NCBI GenBank assembly: GCA_030390025.1
Contig: CM059426.1
Location: 196,478,001 to 196,542,000, forward strand
Direction of reading: 5' to 3'
DNA length: 64,000 nucleotides
Source of the DNA: Squalus acanthias
Lineage: Eukaryota
The notes under the pieces: model-generated
Databases searched by the model: none
The model's input: only the letters and a program-made list of their open reading frames with translations
What the model was told of the DNA's origin: nothing
Program-made: the position numbers and the translations under genes
Shown here: positions 1-11,496 of the stretch, piece by piece
Numbering within the stretch: position 1 is the first letter of the stretch
Layout: the number at the start of each line of letters is the position of its first letter

Positions 1-120
1 AGCTTGCTGGTCGAGGCCATGGAAAATTCGGCCGGCCAGCAGGTAAGTCCGGGGAGGGGGAAAGAATGGGAGAGGCCGCGCGCAGGCCGGAGTGGCCCGC
101 AATATTGCTGTGGAGCCAGG

Positions 121-835
121 AACATAGTAACAGGAGTAGGCCATTCAGTCCCTCAAGCCTGTTCCGCCATTCAATGAGGTCATGACTGATCTGTACCCCA
201 ACTCCATTAACGTGTCTTTGATCCATATTCTTTACTACCCTTACTTAACAAAAATCTATCAATTTCAGTCTTGAAAATTTCAATTGACCCAGCATCCACA
301 TTTTTGGGGGGAAAGAGTCCACGATTTCCACTACCTTTTGTATAAAAAGGTGCTTCTTGATTTTACTCCTAAATGGCCGAGGAATAGTTTCTCTGTATCT
401 ACCCTATTGAATCCCTCTATTATTTTAAACACCTTCTACACTCAAGGGAATACAAACCAAATTTATGCAACCTGTCTTTATATTTTAGCCCTTTAAACCC
501 CAGTATCATTCTGGCGAGTCTAAGCTGTACCAAGGCCAATATATCCTTCCTGAGGTTCGGTGCCCAAAACTGAATGCACGACTGCAGATGGGGTCTGAGC
601 AAGGCTCTGTATAACTGAAGCCTCACTTCCGTATTCCAACCTCCTTGAGGTAAAGGCCAACATTCTTTCTTGAATACTTTTTCTATCTCTGCACTAGCTT
701 TTAGTGATCTGTGCACATGGACACCCGAATCCCTTCGCTCCTCCACAGCTCCTGGTCTCTCACCATTAAGAAAATATTCTGATTTGGCTTTTTCAGATCC
801 AAAGTGGATGACCTCGCATTTCCCCACATTGAACT
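121..835 (-). mobile_element. CR1 LINE 3' fragment
   Basis: ORF 420-947 contains KFNVGKCEVIHFG...LYRALLRPHLQSCIQFWAP (CR1 ORF2 C-terminus); CR1 3' UTR at 121-260. Confidence 0.88.
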
Positions 836-1217
836 TTAATGAGTTGATCTCCCATGGTGTTGCTTGTGAGAGGTCTGGAGCTTGATTGTAATGTCCAGTT
901 GCCAACCTGGCCTGTCCCTTTAAGACCACTGCTATGGGCATCTCCAATAGGGGAATGGTGTAATTAGGTCAATTACAGGTGAATTGGTGTTACTGGTGGA
1001 AGTCTGCAGATTGCCAGGTTAGATGGTACATTGGAATTGCTAGACAAAAAAAGACCAATGTCCATCTAGTTCATCTTCTGCCATCCTGGTAGTCGCATGA
1101 TACAATGATAATGGAGATGTTGAGTACTCATAGCAATGAATTTCTATCAATTAGTCTGCAACATACCCAGACATGATGCGAGGAAAACCCCACTGGTGGA
1201 GAGCTTTGGAAACCATA

Positions 1218-2045
1218 GGGGGTGATTTTCTGAATGGGGAGCTTTTGGAGGCGGGACTCCCACTTGTCGGGTTTCAGTCCCGCCTCCATCAGCTTCTGGC
1301 CAACCAGCGGGATTTTCCCTTGATTGACCTTGTTAAGCCCGCCTGGCGGGCTTAGCAGGCCAATTAGGGCGAAGTCAGTTGCAGAGCACATCAATATATG
1401 ACGTGTCATCTGTCAAGAATTTTTGAAAGAAGAAATGTTTGACAGCTCTGTGAAGCTGTCAAACAGTGACAATCTGTGTAGTTTGATGAGTCCTTGTGTT
1501 CAGAACTCATCAAACCTTTCTACTTTGCAAAAATCAGCTGGTTATTGTATCGGAGGATGCAACAGCCAGTCTGTGATCTCTACAATGGCGATGTCGGGGA
1601 CTCCGGCTCCACAGCGGCTGAAGGCTGTAGGTAGAAACAAAGGTAAGTTAACATTTACACTCACCTCACATACTTACCACTCCACACTTGCACCCATCAC
1701 TCACCTCTAAATCGCACTTTGAGACCCTCCAACCCCCGCAGACCCCCTACTCGCCTCCTACACCCTGGTGGGGGTCCCCCAGGTCGGGAAGACCGCACTT
1801 CGGGACGAAAAATGGGGATAATCCTATTTTCTGCCTGTTAACTACCTGTTAACAAGCAGTTAATAGGCTTTAATCCCTTCCCGCCTCCAAGGAGACGGGA
1901 CTCGGCGCGGGACGACTTCTCGCCTCCTGGCAAGAGGGCACGGAGACGGGTTGGGGGCGGGTTTGCCACCCGCTCCCAAATTCTGCCACTTTCCCGGCAG
2001 TCCCGCCTCCATACCCGCCTCCTCGGGGCTGAGAAAATCGCCCCC
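1218..2045. mobile_element. Harbinger-type MITE, copy 1
   Basis: TIR GGGGGTGATTTTCT / AGAAAATCGCCCCC and 3-bp TSD ATA. Internally homologous to 12723-13476. Confidence 0.85.
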
Positions 2046-2565
2046 ATAGGTTCAAAGTCATCATATTCCTGTTGAGCATGTGACACTTACTACACGTCAT
2101 GTCTCAAATTGCTCATATACTTTATACTACTCATAGCTTGCATATGTGCCTATAGCTCCCCGAATTATTTTTGATAATTGCCTGAAAGACTGGGCTCTCA
2201 GAGCATGCCAGGACTTGCTGTACGTAAGTGCTAGCCCTTTGTATCTGGCCAACAATAGCAAAGGGCTGAGCAATGACAACAATGAAAAGCCAGACAAGAC
2301 AATATTAGCAGCAGTGAATACTTTAAAAGGTAACCATGAATTTTTTCTTTTGAGTAAAAACGTTAAACCAATGTAAAGCATGAAATTCTTAACTCTTTTT
2401 GAGGTAACTTTGAAAACCAAAATCATAGTTACGCTAAACCAAAATGACAGTCAGAAACTATCATAAGAGAGTTGAGCACAGACCTGCCTGGGTCTTTTCA
2501 CACTCAGTTATAGTGTCAGCTCTCTGACTGTACTTGTCTACTGGGTGTCCTTGTCACCTGTAGTT

Positions 2566-2850
2566 ATAGGAATGTAAGAATAGGAGTAGGCCATTCAGCC
2601 CCTCAGGCCTGTTCCACCATTCAATGAGATCATGGCTGATCTGTATCCAAACTGCATCCACCCGCCTTGACTCCATATCCCTTAATAACCTTGGATAACA
2701 AAAATCTATCAATCTCAGATTTAAAATTATTAATTGAGCTAGCATCTACCGCTTTTTGTGGGAAAGAGTTCCACACTTTTACCGCCCTTTGTGTGAAGAA
2801 GTGTTTCCTAACTTCTCTCCTGAATGAACTGAATGTTAAGGTTATGCCCC
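2566..2850 (-). mobile_element. CR1 LINE 3' end
   Basis: ggagtaggccattcagccc...ccattcaatgagatcatggctgatct, homologous to 121-380. Confidence 0.8.
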
Positions 2851-4287
2851 TTTGACAGAGGCTGTGCTGTCAGCGAGCAGATACTTCATTAGAAGTACAA
2901 GAATTATGTAAATGCTCCCTCGTTGGATTTCATTTGTTGTTGGCCAGCTCCGCCCCAAACTCACGACACTGGCCAATATAAAATGGGTGCTTTCATACAG
3001 TACTGTTGTTTGCTGCTGTAATTCAACTTGCAGCAAGCAAAGTGGTGAGGGTGGGAATTTCTTTGCGGATTCGGATAGTGCTGCATGATGTAGATGAGGA
3101 AGAATTCGATCACAGGGAGAGAATTAAGCAGGTGAAATGATACCTAGGCAGGAGTGTTCCCACCAGGCTCTACAAGAGGTCCTTGAGCCTCCCCAGGCCC
3201 GGCCTGCCCCCCCAATCATGGTGGAACCCCCCAACGATCCCCGATCGCCTCCAGACCTCTCCTCCCACGACTTCCGGTGACCGTTCCCGTCTCCCTGGCT
3301 GTGGCCTCGTGCTGCCAAATTCCGGCTCCTGTTTTCCCGCCGGACAGGTAGTGGATCTGACTGGGTGCCGAGCGGGACTCAGAGAACATTTATGTAAATG
3401 AAGCCCTGCCGTTATGATCAGCAGGGCCTCCACGCCCTCGGACTCTCCGGGCGCACCGGCCACTTTGGGGCTTGCACACACCGTTACCGTTGCTGTCCCC
3501 TTTTAAAATCGGGGCACTAATATCTGCAACCACCATTAATTCCTGGACCTGCATTTTACAGCCCCCACCAGGCCTATCCAGACATGTCACAGGAGATCTG
3601 GCTTCACCTCACGAGAGAGGCTGTCATTTTGTAACCTTTTCCTACATCAATGTGTTAGATGGGGGCTGTTGATCATTGAGGGCCGGTAAAGGTGAAAACT
3701 TACCGCAATGTGCCTTAGTCTCAACCTCCTTTTCTTAAGGCCGGAATTTTCCGGCTGCTGTGTGTGCAGGATTGGAGGCAGGTCAGGAGTGAAAGTTGAA
3801 ATTAATTGGAGTGGGTCGGAAATCCGCCATTATCCCGCCTCCTCACGCCTTTTACTCGGGTGCGTTTATCAGCGCGGCCCCGACCCGAACGGCAGAGGCG
3901 ACCGACCTAATTTAGATAATTATTAGGCTGTTGTCAGACCCTTACATGTCATTTTAACCCTACATTTGGAATTTCACTGCATGACCACGGGAAACACGCA
4001 GCTCGGGAACCACGTCTGTCAACCTGAGGTGGGGGTTGAGTGGCCATTGATCCAGCTGATAAGTTGACAACATGAAATGTACTATAAAAGCTCCCACCTC
4101 ATAGCTGATCACTTTCCTCAGGCAGAAGCTGTTGCTGACTGCATTGGCAGCACAGATTTAGGTTTCTAGAGGTTGCAAGTCTTATCAGCAAAGTTGGGAA
4201 CCACTGTCACTTCATTGGTACTACCTATCATACCATTGACAGATTGCTTCTGTCATCTCTACTTGACCTGCCATCTATTACATAAGC

Positions 4288-5497
4288 ATGGGTGCCTTTT
4301 ATACTGTCTCAACTTGGTCCTCAGAATTGGACCACAATGAGCCCCAACACCAGCAGCAGCAACAACAACACCAACAACCTTCTCCTCAAAGACCTGTTGC
4401 TCCACAGGACAGAGGGCACCAGCGCAGGGCTGCACCGCGCCGGAGGCGATACCCCCAACACAGGGTATACAGGCAGAAGATGAGCTTCCTCAACATGACT
4501 CAGCAGCAGTGCCAAAGGAGGTTCAGACTATCGCGCCAGGTCGTCACAGACATTTGCAGCTTTCCTGCAGCCCAGAGGATTGGGTAGACACGCCTTACCA
4601 GTGGCTGTCAAAGTCACCACCACCCTCAACTTCTTTGCCTCAGGCTCCTTCCAGGGATCTGCAGCAGACATTTGTGGCATCTCGCAGTCGGTCGCCCACA
4701 GATACAGCACACAGGTCACCGATGCCCTGTTTGACAAGTCAGCCAATTATATCAACTTTGCCACTGATGAAGCCAGTGTAACTGAGCGGGCGCTCGGCTT
4801 TGGCGCTCTGGCTGACTTCCCACGGGTGCAGGGCATCATCGACTGCACACATGTGGCCATCAGGGCACCCCATCATCACCCAGGAGTGTTTGTCAACTGC
4901 AAGGGCTTCCACTCCCTCAATGTGCAGCACATCTGCAACCATAGGAAGATCATCATGCATGTGTGCACCAAATACCCTGGCAGCTGCCATGACTCTTTCA
5001 TCCTTCGCCAGCCCACCCTCCCTCAGCTCTTCACTCCCCAAGACAGACTTTCCGGCTGGCTGCTTGGAGACAAGAGCTACCCACTGAAAACATGGCTCAT
5101 GACACCCTTGAGGAGGCAAAGTACTGAGGCCAAGAAGAGATATAATGAAAGCCACATGTCCACCAGATGCGTCATAGAGCAGACAATAGGCATGCTGAAA
5201 ATGCGCTTCAGGTGCCTTGACAGATCTGGAGGAGCCCTTCAGTATGCACCAGCCAGGGTCTCCAGAATTGTCGTCATCTGCTGCAAGCTGCAAAATATAG
5301 CGCAGCAGCGAGCATTAGCGCTGCATGAGGAGCAAGGCTCTGAGCGCACAGCCTCTTCAGAGGAGGAGTAGGAGGAGCATCAGCTGGTAGATGAGGAGGA
5401 GGAGCAGGAGGGAACTAAGGTCCAGATCCCACCAGCACCCGAGCACATTGCTGCCCAGGAGGCCAGGGATGGGCTCATCATGGCCAGATTTACTTAA
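4288..5497 (+). pseudogene. Harbinger (HARBI1-like, DDE_Tnp_4 type) transposase, frameshifted
   Basis: ORF 4288-4587 (polyQ, RRFRLSR) shifts frame near 4560-4580 into ORF 4580-5371, which has [37 protein letters not shown] and [18 protein letters not shown] premature TAG at 5369-5371 interrupts the acidic tail; the frame continues to TAA at 5497. TATAAAAG at 4083 and AATAAA at 5710. Confidence 0.92.
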
Positions 5498-5794
5498 CTT
5501 CAGGCATTACACCCATATGGCTGTCACATGCTGCGCCAGGTTGGCACCACCCCACAGCAACACCATAAAGCATCCCTACAATGACCAAGCCATTCCTTTC
5601 ACACTGACCACCATTGCTGGAGGTAACATTATGTCTCACCATTCATTCCAACTCACTAAGCCACTTCCAAAGTTGCAGACAAAATTAGCCATGACTGGAA
5701 AGTGGTGAAAATAAATAGTTTTATCTGTGACATAAGAGTAACGGAAACTTAACACAATCAGTTATTAAAACACCCAAGTGCTAACCCTTGTGCA

Positions 5795-8733
5795 TCTACT
5801 TGGGTTTAATCTTTCTCTTAGGTGTGCTTCGATGAGGTGGCTTCAGCAGAGGTAGAGGCAGCCTGCTCACTTCCCTGCTGTGACTGCATAGTGTAGGGTT
5901 CTCAAAATTCCCACATTCCCCAGAGTTATTAATAAGGGGTATCCTAGACAAAGTGGCTTCTAGACCTCGTGGCAGAAGCCTGCGACATTGAACAGAAACC
6001 AGGGCCCTGCAAAAACAGCAGGCCAGGTGACATGCCCGGGCAGACCTCAGTACAGGCTGCCAAAGGAGGCGGGGCTGGCCTCTACAGACAATGTTGTATA
6101 TTACAGGTGGTCGACCGTGGTCGACCTGTCTCCAGCCCCATCAAACTGTTTAGCATTTATACAAAGAAGTAAAGGCAACACAAATGAACAACCATCAGAC
6201 CAGCAATCATCCTCCACTTAACAAATATTTAATATCGTTAAAGGCCATCTCCTGCCATTAAAGTTAACTACCTTAACGAGCCCACCAGAATTAAACAAAG
6301 CACTGGGAAGATTTGGCGGGCAAATAAGGAACAATCGAAGAGTATAACTTTAGACTGGAACAAGCCGGAGTTCTACAGAGACGAGTTCTACAGAGAGGAG
6401 TTCCACAGAGACGAGCAGTTTTGCAGCCTAGCAGTTTAAAACAAGCTGTTCAAGCCACACAGAGAGGGCACAAGCAGGACAGCTGAAGCACAGGAGTTCT
6501 CCAGTACACAGTTCAACTGAAAACAAGACCGTTCAACGAAGAAGGCCAACGGCTCCAGAAACAGACCGACACGCAAGAAACCAGAGCAACGGTTCCAGTG
6601 ACCATCAAACACCTCGAGGCACAAGGGCCTTATGAAACTTTTTACTTAAAAGGACTTTAAACCATATCTCAACTGTCAAAGGATTCGTTTGGTGAGCATT
6701 ATCCCTGGTCCTCAAGAGTCTAACTTAGCTAGTAAAGTGGGGTTGGGAGGGGTGAGGTATTGTTCTACTGTCATTTCCCTCGTTTGTACCGAAGTTAAGA
6801 TTGACATGTTATGTTTCATCTCTGTTAAATAAACATTGGTTTTCCTCGCACCAATCCACGGGTCTGTTCGTTTGTCCTTATCGCCGCTCGATAAGTCCTG
6901 GGCTCAGAACTAGGAAGGGTATAGCGATTCGCAACCGCACAACGGGCAGGACAGTCCAGGAAAACATAACTGGCCGACCTACAAATAAGCCCGAGACAAA
7001 AACCCCTTACAATAGATACTTTTGGCAGATGTCCTCTGGGTCTTGGAGCCTATGATGGCTCCGCCAAAGTCTGCTCCTCCTGTGACTGTGAAGGGGCAGA
7101 CTCAGCCATCGCGATCCCAGGAGACATGTGGGGCTCTGACTGAGGGGGATGCGACGGGGGAAAAGTATGAGTGCTTTGAGAGGAGCCCCCACTTACATGT
7201 GTCCTCTCACCGTCATCCCTCTCATGGGCCACTTGCACTTCCCTGCAAGCAAGGAGCTGGAGAGCACCTTGCTGCACAGCAGTGGGGCCTTGAGGACCCA
7301 AGTCTACGTTGACATCTCTCCTAGAGAGGAGGCCTATGAGCCTTTGCTATCTATTCTCCATAGAGCATGTGCTCCTGTGAGTGACGCTTTAGCTGCTCCA
7401 TGGCAGGTGACCATCCTTTCCATGGAAGAGACTACAGTCGCCATCGCCTGCGACACAGTGGTGCTCATGTTGGAGATGGACTCCGCCATTCTCTGCATAT
7501 TTGCAGACATCGTGGTCGCAAAACCTGTCAAAGCCTCCTGCACTTCTTGCTGCACCTCCAGGATCACCCTCTTTCTGGATGGCCCCCAAGGCTCAGCGTC
7601 TGCATGCAGCTGAGCAGAGCTGGGAGCGTCATGTGGCATCCAGTGAGGAGTCTCCACTTCTGTCCCTGTCTCCACCATCTGCTCTTGCTCACTCGTGACT
7701 TGTGACACACCAGGTGACAACACTACTCTATCTCGCGTGCGACCCTCCGAGGTGTGCGTATCTGCGCTGGCGCTGAATGTGCATATATCTGCTGATGGTG
7801 CTCCCTCAGAGGCTGGAGGCTCCTCTGAGGAGTCGTCTTCCTCTTCCTCCTGGACAGTGGGGAGGGCTCTTGATGGACCTGTGGGAGAGTAAAGAGATGA
7901 TTTAGAAATGTCATATCAAGAATGGGTAATGATATCATTATGCACATGATGAACATTCACTGGCTGCTGACATCAGTCCCCATATGAGTGACTGCTATAT
8001 GCCATGTGGCTGTATGAGATGTAATTCCGTCACCAGGTTGCTGAGATGTCCCACTGCCAGCTTCTCTGCAACTCCTGAGATCTCCTCTGCTGCAGTGGCC
8101 AATGATGGAGGGCCACCTTCGGTTCTCTCCCTCTCCCTCTTATTGTGGGCTGTCATCTCCTGCAAGGAGGGAAAGAGAAGTTTGAGTGAGTGATGGAATG
8201 AGTGTAAGGAATGGATGGGTTACATCTTTAGAGGGTGACTATGATGGAGTGGGGTGCCAAAGCCAAGTGGTCTCCTTGTGTGTTGTTAGTTGGTATGATT
8301 GCATTAGGATGAGGGTGAGCGTGAGGGGTGGCTAGTCAGATGGGGATGTGATAATGTAGATAGAGAGGGATGGTGGACATGCAAGGCATGTTGGTGTGAG
8401 TAATGATGAGCAGGAGTAGGCTTGGGAAGGCAGAGTGATGGGGATGTGATGAGAGGCACAGCAGGATGAAGTTGAGTGTGGCTTTGTACTCACCTTTCCT
8501 GATCTAATGAGATCATTTAAGTGCTTCCGGCACTGCACCCAGGTCCTCCTCACAACATCCCTGCTGTTCACCTCCACTGCAATCTCCAGCAAGGCTTGTT
8601 TGGTCTGCTAGGGAGGTCTCTTCCGCCCATCAGAAGGGAAGAGTACCTCCCTGCATGCTCTCAATCCCTCCACAAGCATATGGAGGGAGTCATCTGAGAA
8701 CCCGGGTGCAGCCCTCTGCCTCTGTGCAGTCAT
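5795..8733 (-). pseudogene. Harbinger Myb/SANT-like DNA-binding protein gene, three exons, disrupted
   Basis: Exon 1 (8733-8494) reads MTAQRQRAAPGFSDDSLHMLVEGLRACREVLFPSDGRKRPP*QTKQALLEIAVEVNSRDVVRRTWVQCRKHLNDLIRSGK|GTGAGT. Exon 2 starts at 8159 after ttgcag (EMTAHNKRERERTEGGPP). Exon 3 starts at 7878 after ccacag and runs into ORF 7723-7334. The 3' end is split by the LTR. Confidence 0.85.
5892..7011 (+). mobile_element. Solo LTR (1120 bp) of an LTR retrotransposon or ERV, inserted in the Harbinger
   Basis: Starts TGTAGGGTT and ends AACCCCTTACA (TG...CA, inverted termini). Exact 4-bp TSD ATAG at 5888-5891 and 7012-7015. AATAAA near 6828; short internal repeat GAGTTCYACAGAGA three times at 6368-6415. 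Confidence 0.88.
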
Positions 8734-9203
8734 GTTTCAAGGCTTAGCAAGACCCAAATGCTCTAACACAGTGCAAGCACACTCCTAGATGAACCTTCAA
8801 ATGCAATGTGGCCAAGGCTCCTTTAAATATCCCGGCTGGAAATGAGTCATCGATGATGACATCAGACCCGCACCAATAGGGCCGGGTAATGCACAGGGCT
8901 GCCTTAATAGGCGACATTAAGGGAAAGTCGCTCTGAGGAGCAGCATGAAATGAGGGACGGGGTCCCAACCCACCACGCCGACCACCCGCACACGACCCGC
9001 CCAGGTAAACACAATTCCAGCCTTAGTCAACCTGTAACCTTTCTGAGTGAGAATGTCAACTTAGTACAAATTAGTATTGAACTGGTGCTGTTTTATGCTC
9101 TGCTTTTAGAGACAGCCCAAACTCACTTCATATAGGGCCATTACAGCCAAAGAAGACTTACATTCCTCAGTCTGCAGCTGAACCTGGGTCCCTAGGCCCC
9201 TGT

Positions 9204-9656
9204 AAAAAAAGACTTACATTTATATAGCGCCTTTCACAACAACCGGATGTCTCAAAGCGCTTTACAGCCAATGAAGTACTATTTGGAGTGTAGTCACTGT
9301 TGTAATGTGGGAAACGCAGCAGCCAATTTGTGCACAGTAAGCTCCCACAAACAGCAATGTAATAATGACCAGGTAAACTGTTTTTGTTATGTTGATTGAG
9401 GGATAAATATTGGCCAGGACACAGGGGATAACTCCCCCTGCTCTTCTTCAAAATAGTGTCATGGGATCTTTTACGTCCACCTGATAGAGCAGACAGGGCC
9501 TCGGTTTAACATTGCATCTGAAAGATGGCAGCCCCTCAGCACTGCAGTGGAGTGTCAGCCTAGATTTATATGCTCACTGTCCCTGGATGTGGGAACTTGA
9601 ACCCACAACCTTCTGACTCAAAGGCAAGTGTGCTACCCACTGAGCCACAGCTGACA
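9204..9656 (-). mobile_element. Deu-domain SINE (SacSINE1-like), full length
   Basis: tRNA-like head (tggctcagtgg, gggttcaagt), Deu core aaagatcccatg...gtcctggccaa, L2-like tail; multicopy in this window. Confidence 0.85.
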
Positions 9657-9794
9657 TAACGAACAACACAATCTAATCCCTTGTACTGTACCATTGAAAA
9701 CATTTATCACCTAAATAATTTAAAGAGATGTTGTCTTAGAGATGATTATAAAATGTATATATGTCTTACAGAAATTCTTTATTTTATATTGGTA

Positions 9795-10235
9795 GAGCAT
9801 GATGCAGTGGGTTAGCACACTGACTTTCGTAGCTGGGGACATATCCAACTGAGGATGACTAGATGAAAGTCTCCTCTTTCTGCGGGTTGCGGGGGTCCAA
9901 AGTGAAATGAGTTTGGACTATTTCAACTCAATCCCGGTGAGTGTGGCACCAAAGGAGAAAACTGCCTCTAATTTGGCACTAAATAGGCAATCTCATTTAC
10001 AGATGCCACAGGCTGGCTGATATGGAGAATGGGGAATATCTCATTGGTCTAGTAAAAGATGTTCTTTGAGGCGAATGCTTCAGTACAGTGTTGAGGCTGA
10101 GTGGAGGGAGCTTTACTCAGCATCTATCTGTGCTCTCGGATTGTTTGATTCTGACATAGTGTGCTGAAGTAGGAAAGTGTTCTATTTCCCAGTGCTAAAA
10201 TCCCTCACTTTAATGCAAGTAAAATTCACAAAAAT
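9795..10235 (+). mobile_element. LF-SINE-like element
   Basis: tRNA-like head, then gtgaaatgagttt, aatttggcactaaa, gttgaggc and tail taaaattcacaaaaa, collinear with my recollection of the LF-SINE consensus. Related relic at about 28740-28890. Confidence 0.55.
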
Positions 10236-11496
10236 AATTTAAACACTTCAGCATATTTCCACATCCTAAATATTTTAAAGAAAATAATTGTGAATCGTTT
10301 CTTTTTATTTTTGCATCACAATCATTTTATTATGAATTCACCAACTTTGTTTCAATTTTCTAAAATTCTTCAGCAATTTCTGCAATAATGTAGTGACTTG
10401 TGTTTAAATATCAGAACACACATGAAATACATTCACAAGAGTTGCCTTTTATAAGCAGGAAGTGACCTGTGGTGGTAACTTGAAAACAGAAATCAAGCAT
10501 TGACTTACTGCCTTTGCAATGATTTGCTGAACGTCAAGTTTTTGTGTGGTGTAGGTCCGTTTCAGCGCAGAGTAGCTCCGTTTTATAACACTCCCTTTGG
10601 GAGTCATATGGAAACCACTATCAGGAGAAAGGCATATTATAAGGAAAGCATTTATGCCAGGGAACCAGAAAGAATCTGTGTTACATTGGAGACAAGCCAG
10701 ATCAGAGCGATCAGAGAGGTTGTTGTCAAAAGTTTTCTGCCACTAAAAGCAAATTCAGCTGTAAAAATGCAGAGCATTCTGAACTGTACATTATGTAACT
10801 GTTCAAAAAGCATTTCTACATGATGCTCTTGTGAAAGAGGTTCATGTACGTTTTGATATTTTAATGGCTTGATTACATAATTCAATAGAAACTCCTTATT
10901 AGAACACTAACCCCGTAGCCAGTGAAACATTTCTTTATCCATCAGTTTCTATGAAGCAGAAAGCTGTAGCATCGATGGAGGGTGAATTGGTCTTAAGTAA
11001 TGTATCCAGTTAAAGGAATACATTCAGAAGTTCTCTTTAATGCGCAGACCTCCAGAAAAATGGGTTTCCCAGCTGTAGTGTTCCTCTCACATATTTGACC
11101 TGGAAAGTGAGCTGTGGTAGAAATAATATCATCCTTATATTTTTCTTGGAGTCTGTTTAGTTTGATGATAGACTTTCCAATTTCCATGCATATTGCATGT
11201 GTCACATATTTATACCTTCACAACTGCATTATTTTCAATGATTTTTTTCTTACCCTGAGACCTGGTATCACATGCAAAAATGGCAAGACATTTAAAATGC
11301 TTTATGGGTTTAAAATCCTGTGCCTGATTCAGGATGCAAATGCAAATAGTTTCAGTGTGGAAATTGTGCGGTGCCCTGGTCAGACTGTACCTTGGGTATT
11401 GCATTCAGTTTTGGTCACCAAGGCATTCGTCGCTCATCCTTCAATATCGAAGAAGACAGCCAGAATATAATCTCTTTTTTTGCAGTGAGTTCTTTA

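Larger units (their letters stand above)
3738..9023 (+). mobile_element. PIF/Harbinger DNA transposon, near full-length and decayed, with a nested solo LTR
   Basis: Termini AGGCCGGAATT ... AATTCCAGCC(T), with TTA immediately left and TTA overlapping the right end (imperfect 3-bp TSD). Contains convergent DDE transposase and Myb/SANT genes, the canonical Harbinger layout. Confidence 0.9.

Noticed and set aside
3145-3520. GC-rich segment (and 1-120) as a CpG-island promoter
   Set aside because: It looks like a fragment of a non-autonomous DNA transposon, but I could not define both ends, so I left it unannotated.
3712-3727. GCCTTAGTC(TC)AACCT resembling the Harbinger right junction at 9020-9033, as a long TSD
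   Set aside because: It is not adjacent to the left TIR and is gapped; most likely chance.
4288-5497. Host HARBI1 gene
   Set aside because: It is frameshifted, lies between TIRs, and is paired with a convergent Myb gene, so it is a transposon copy and not the domesticated gene.
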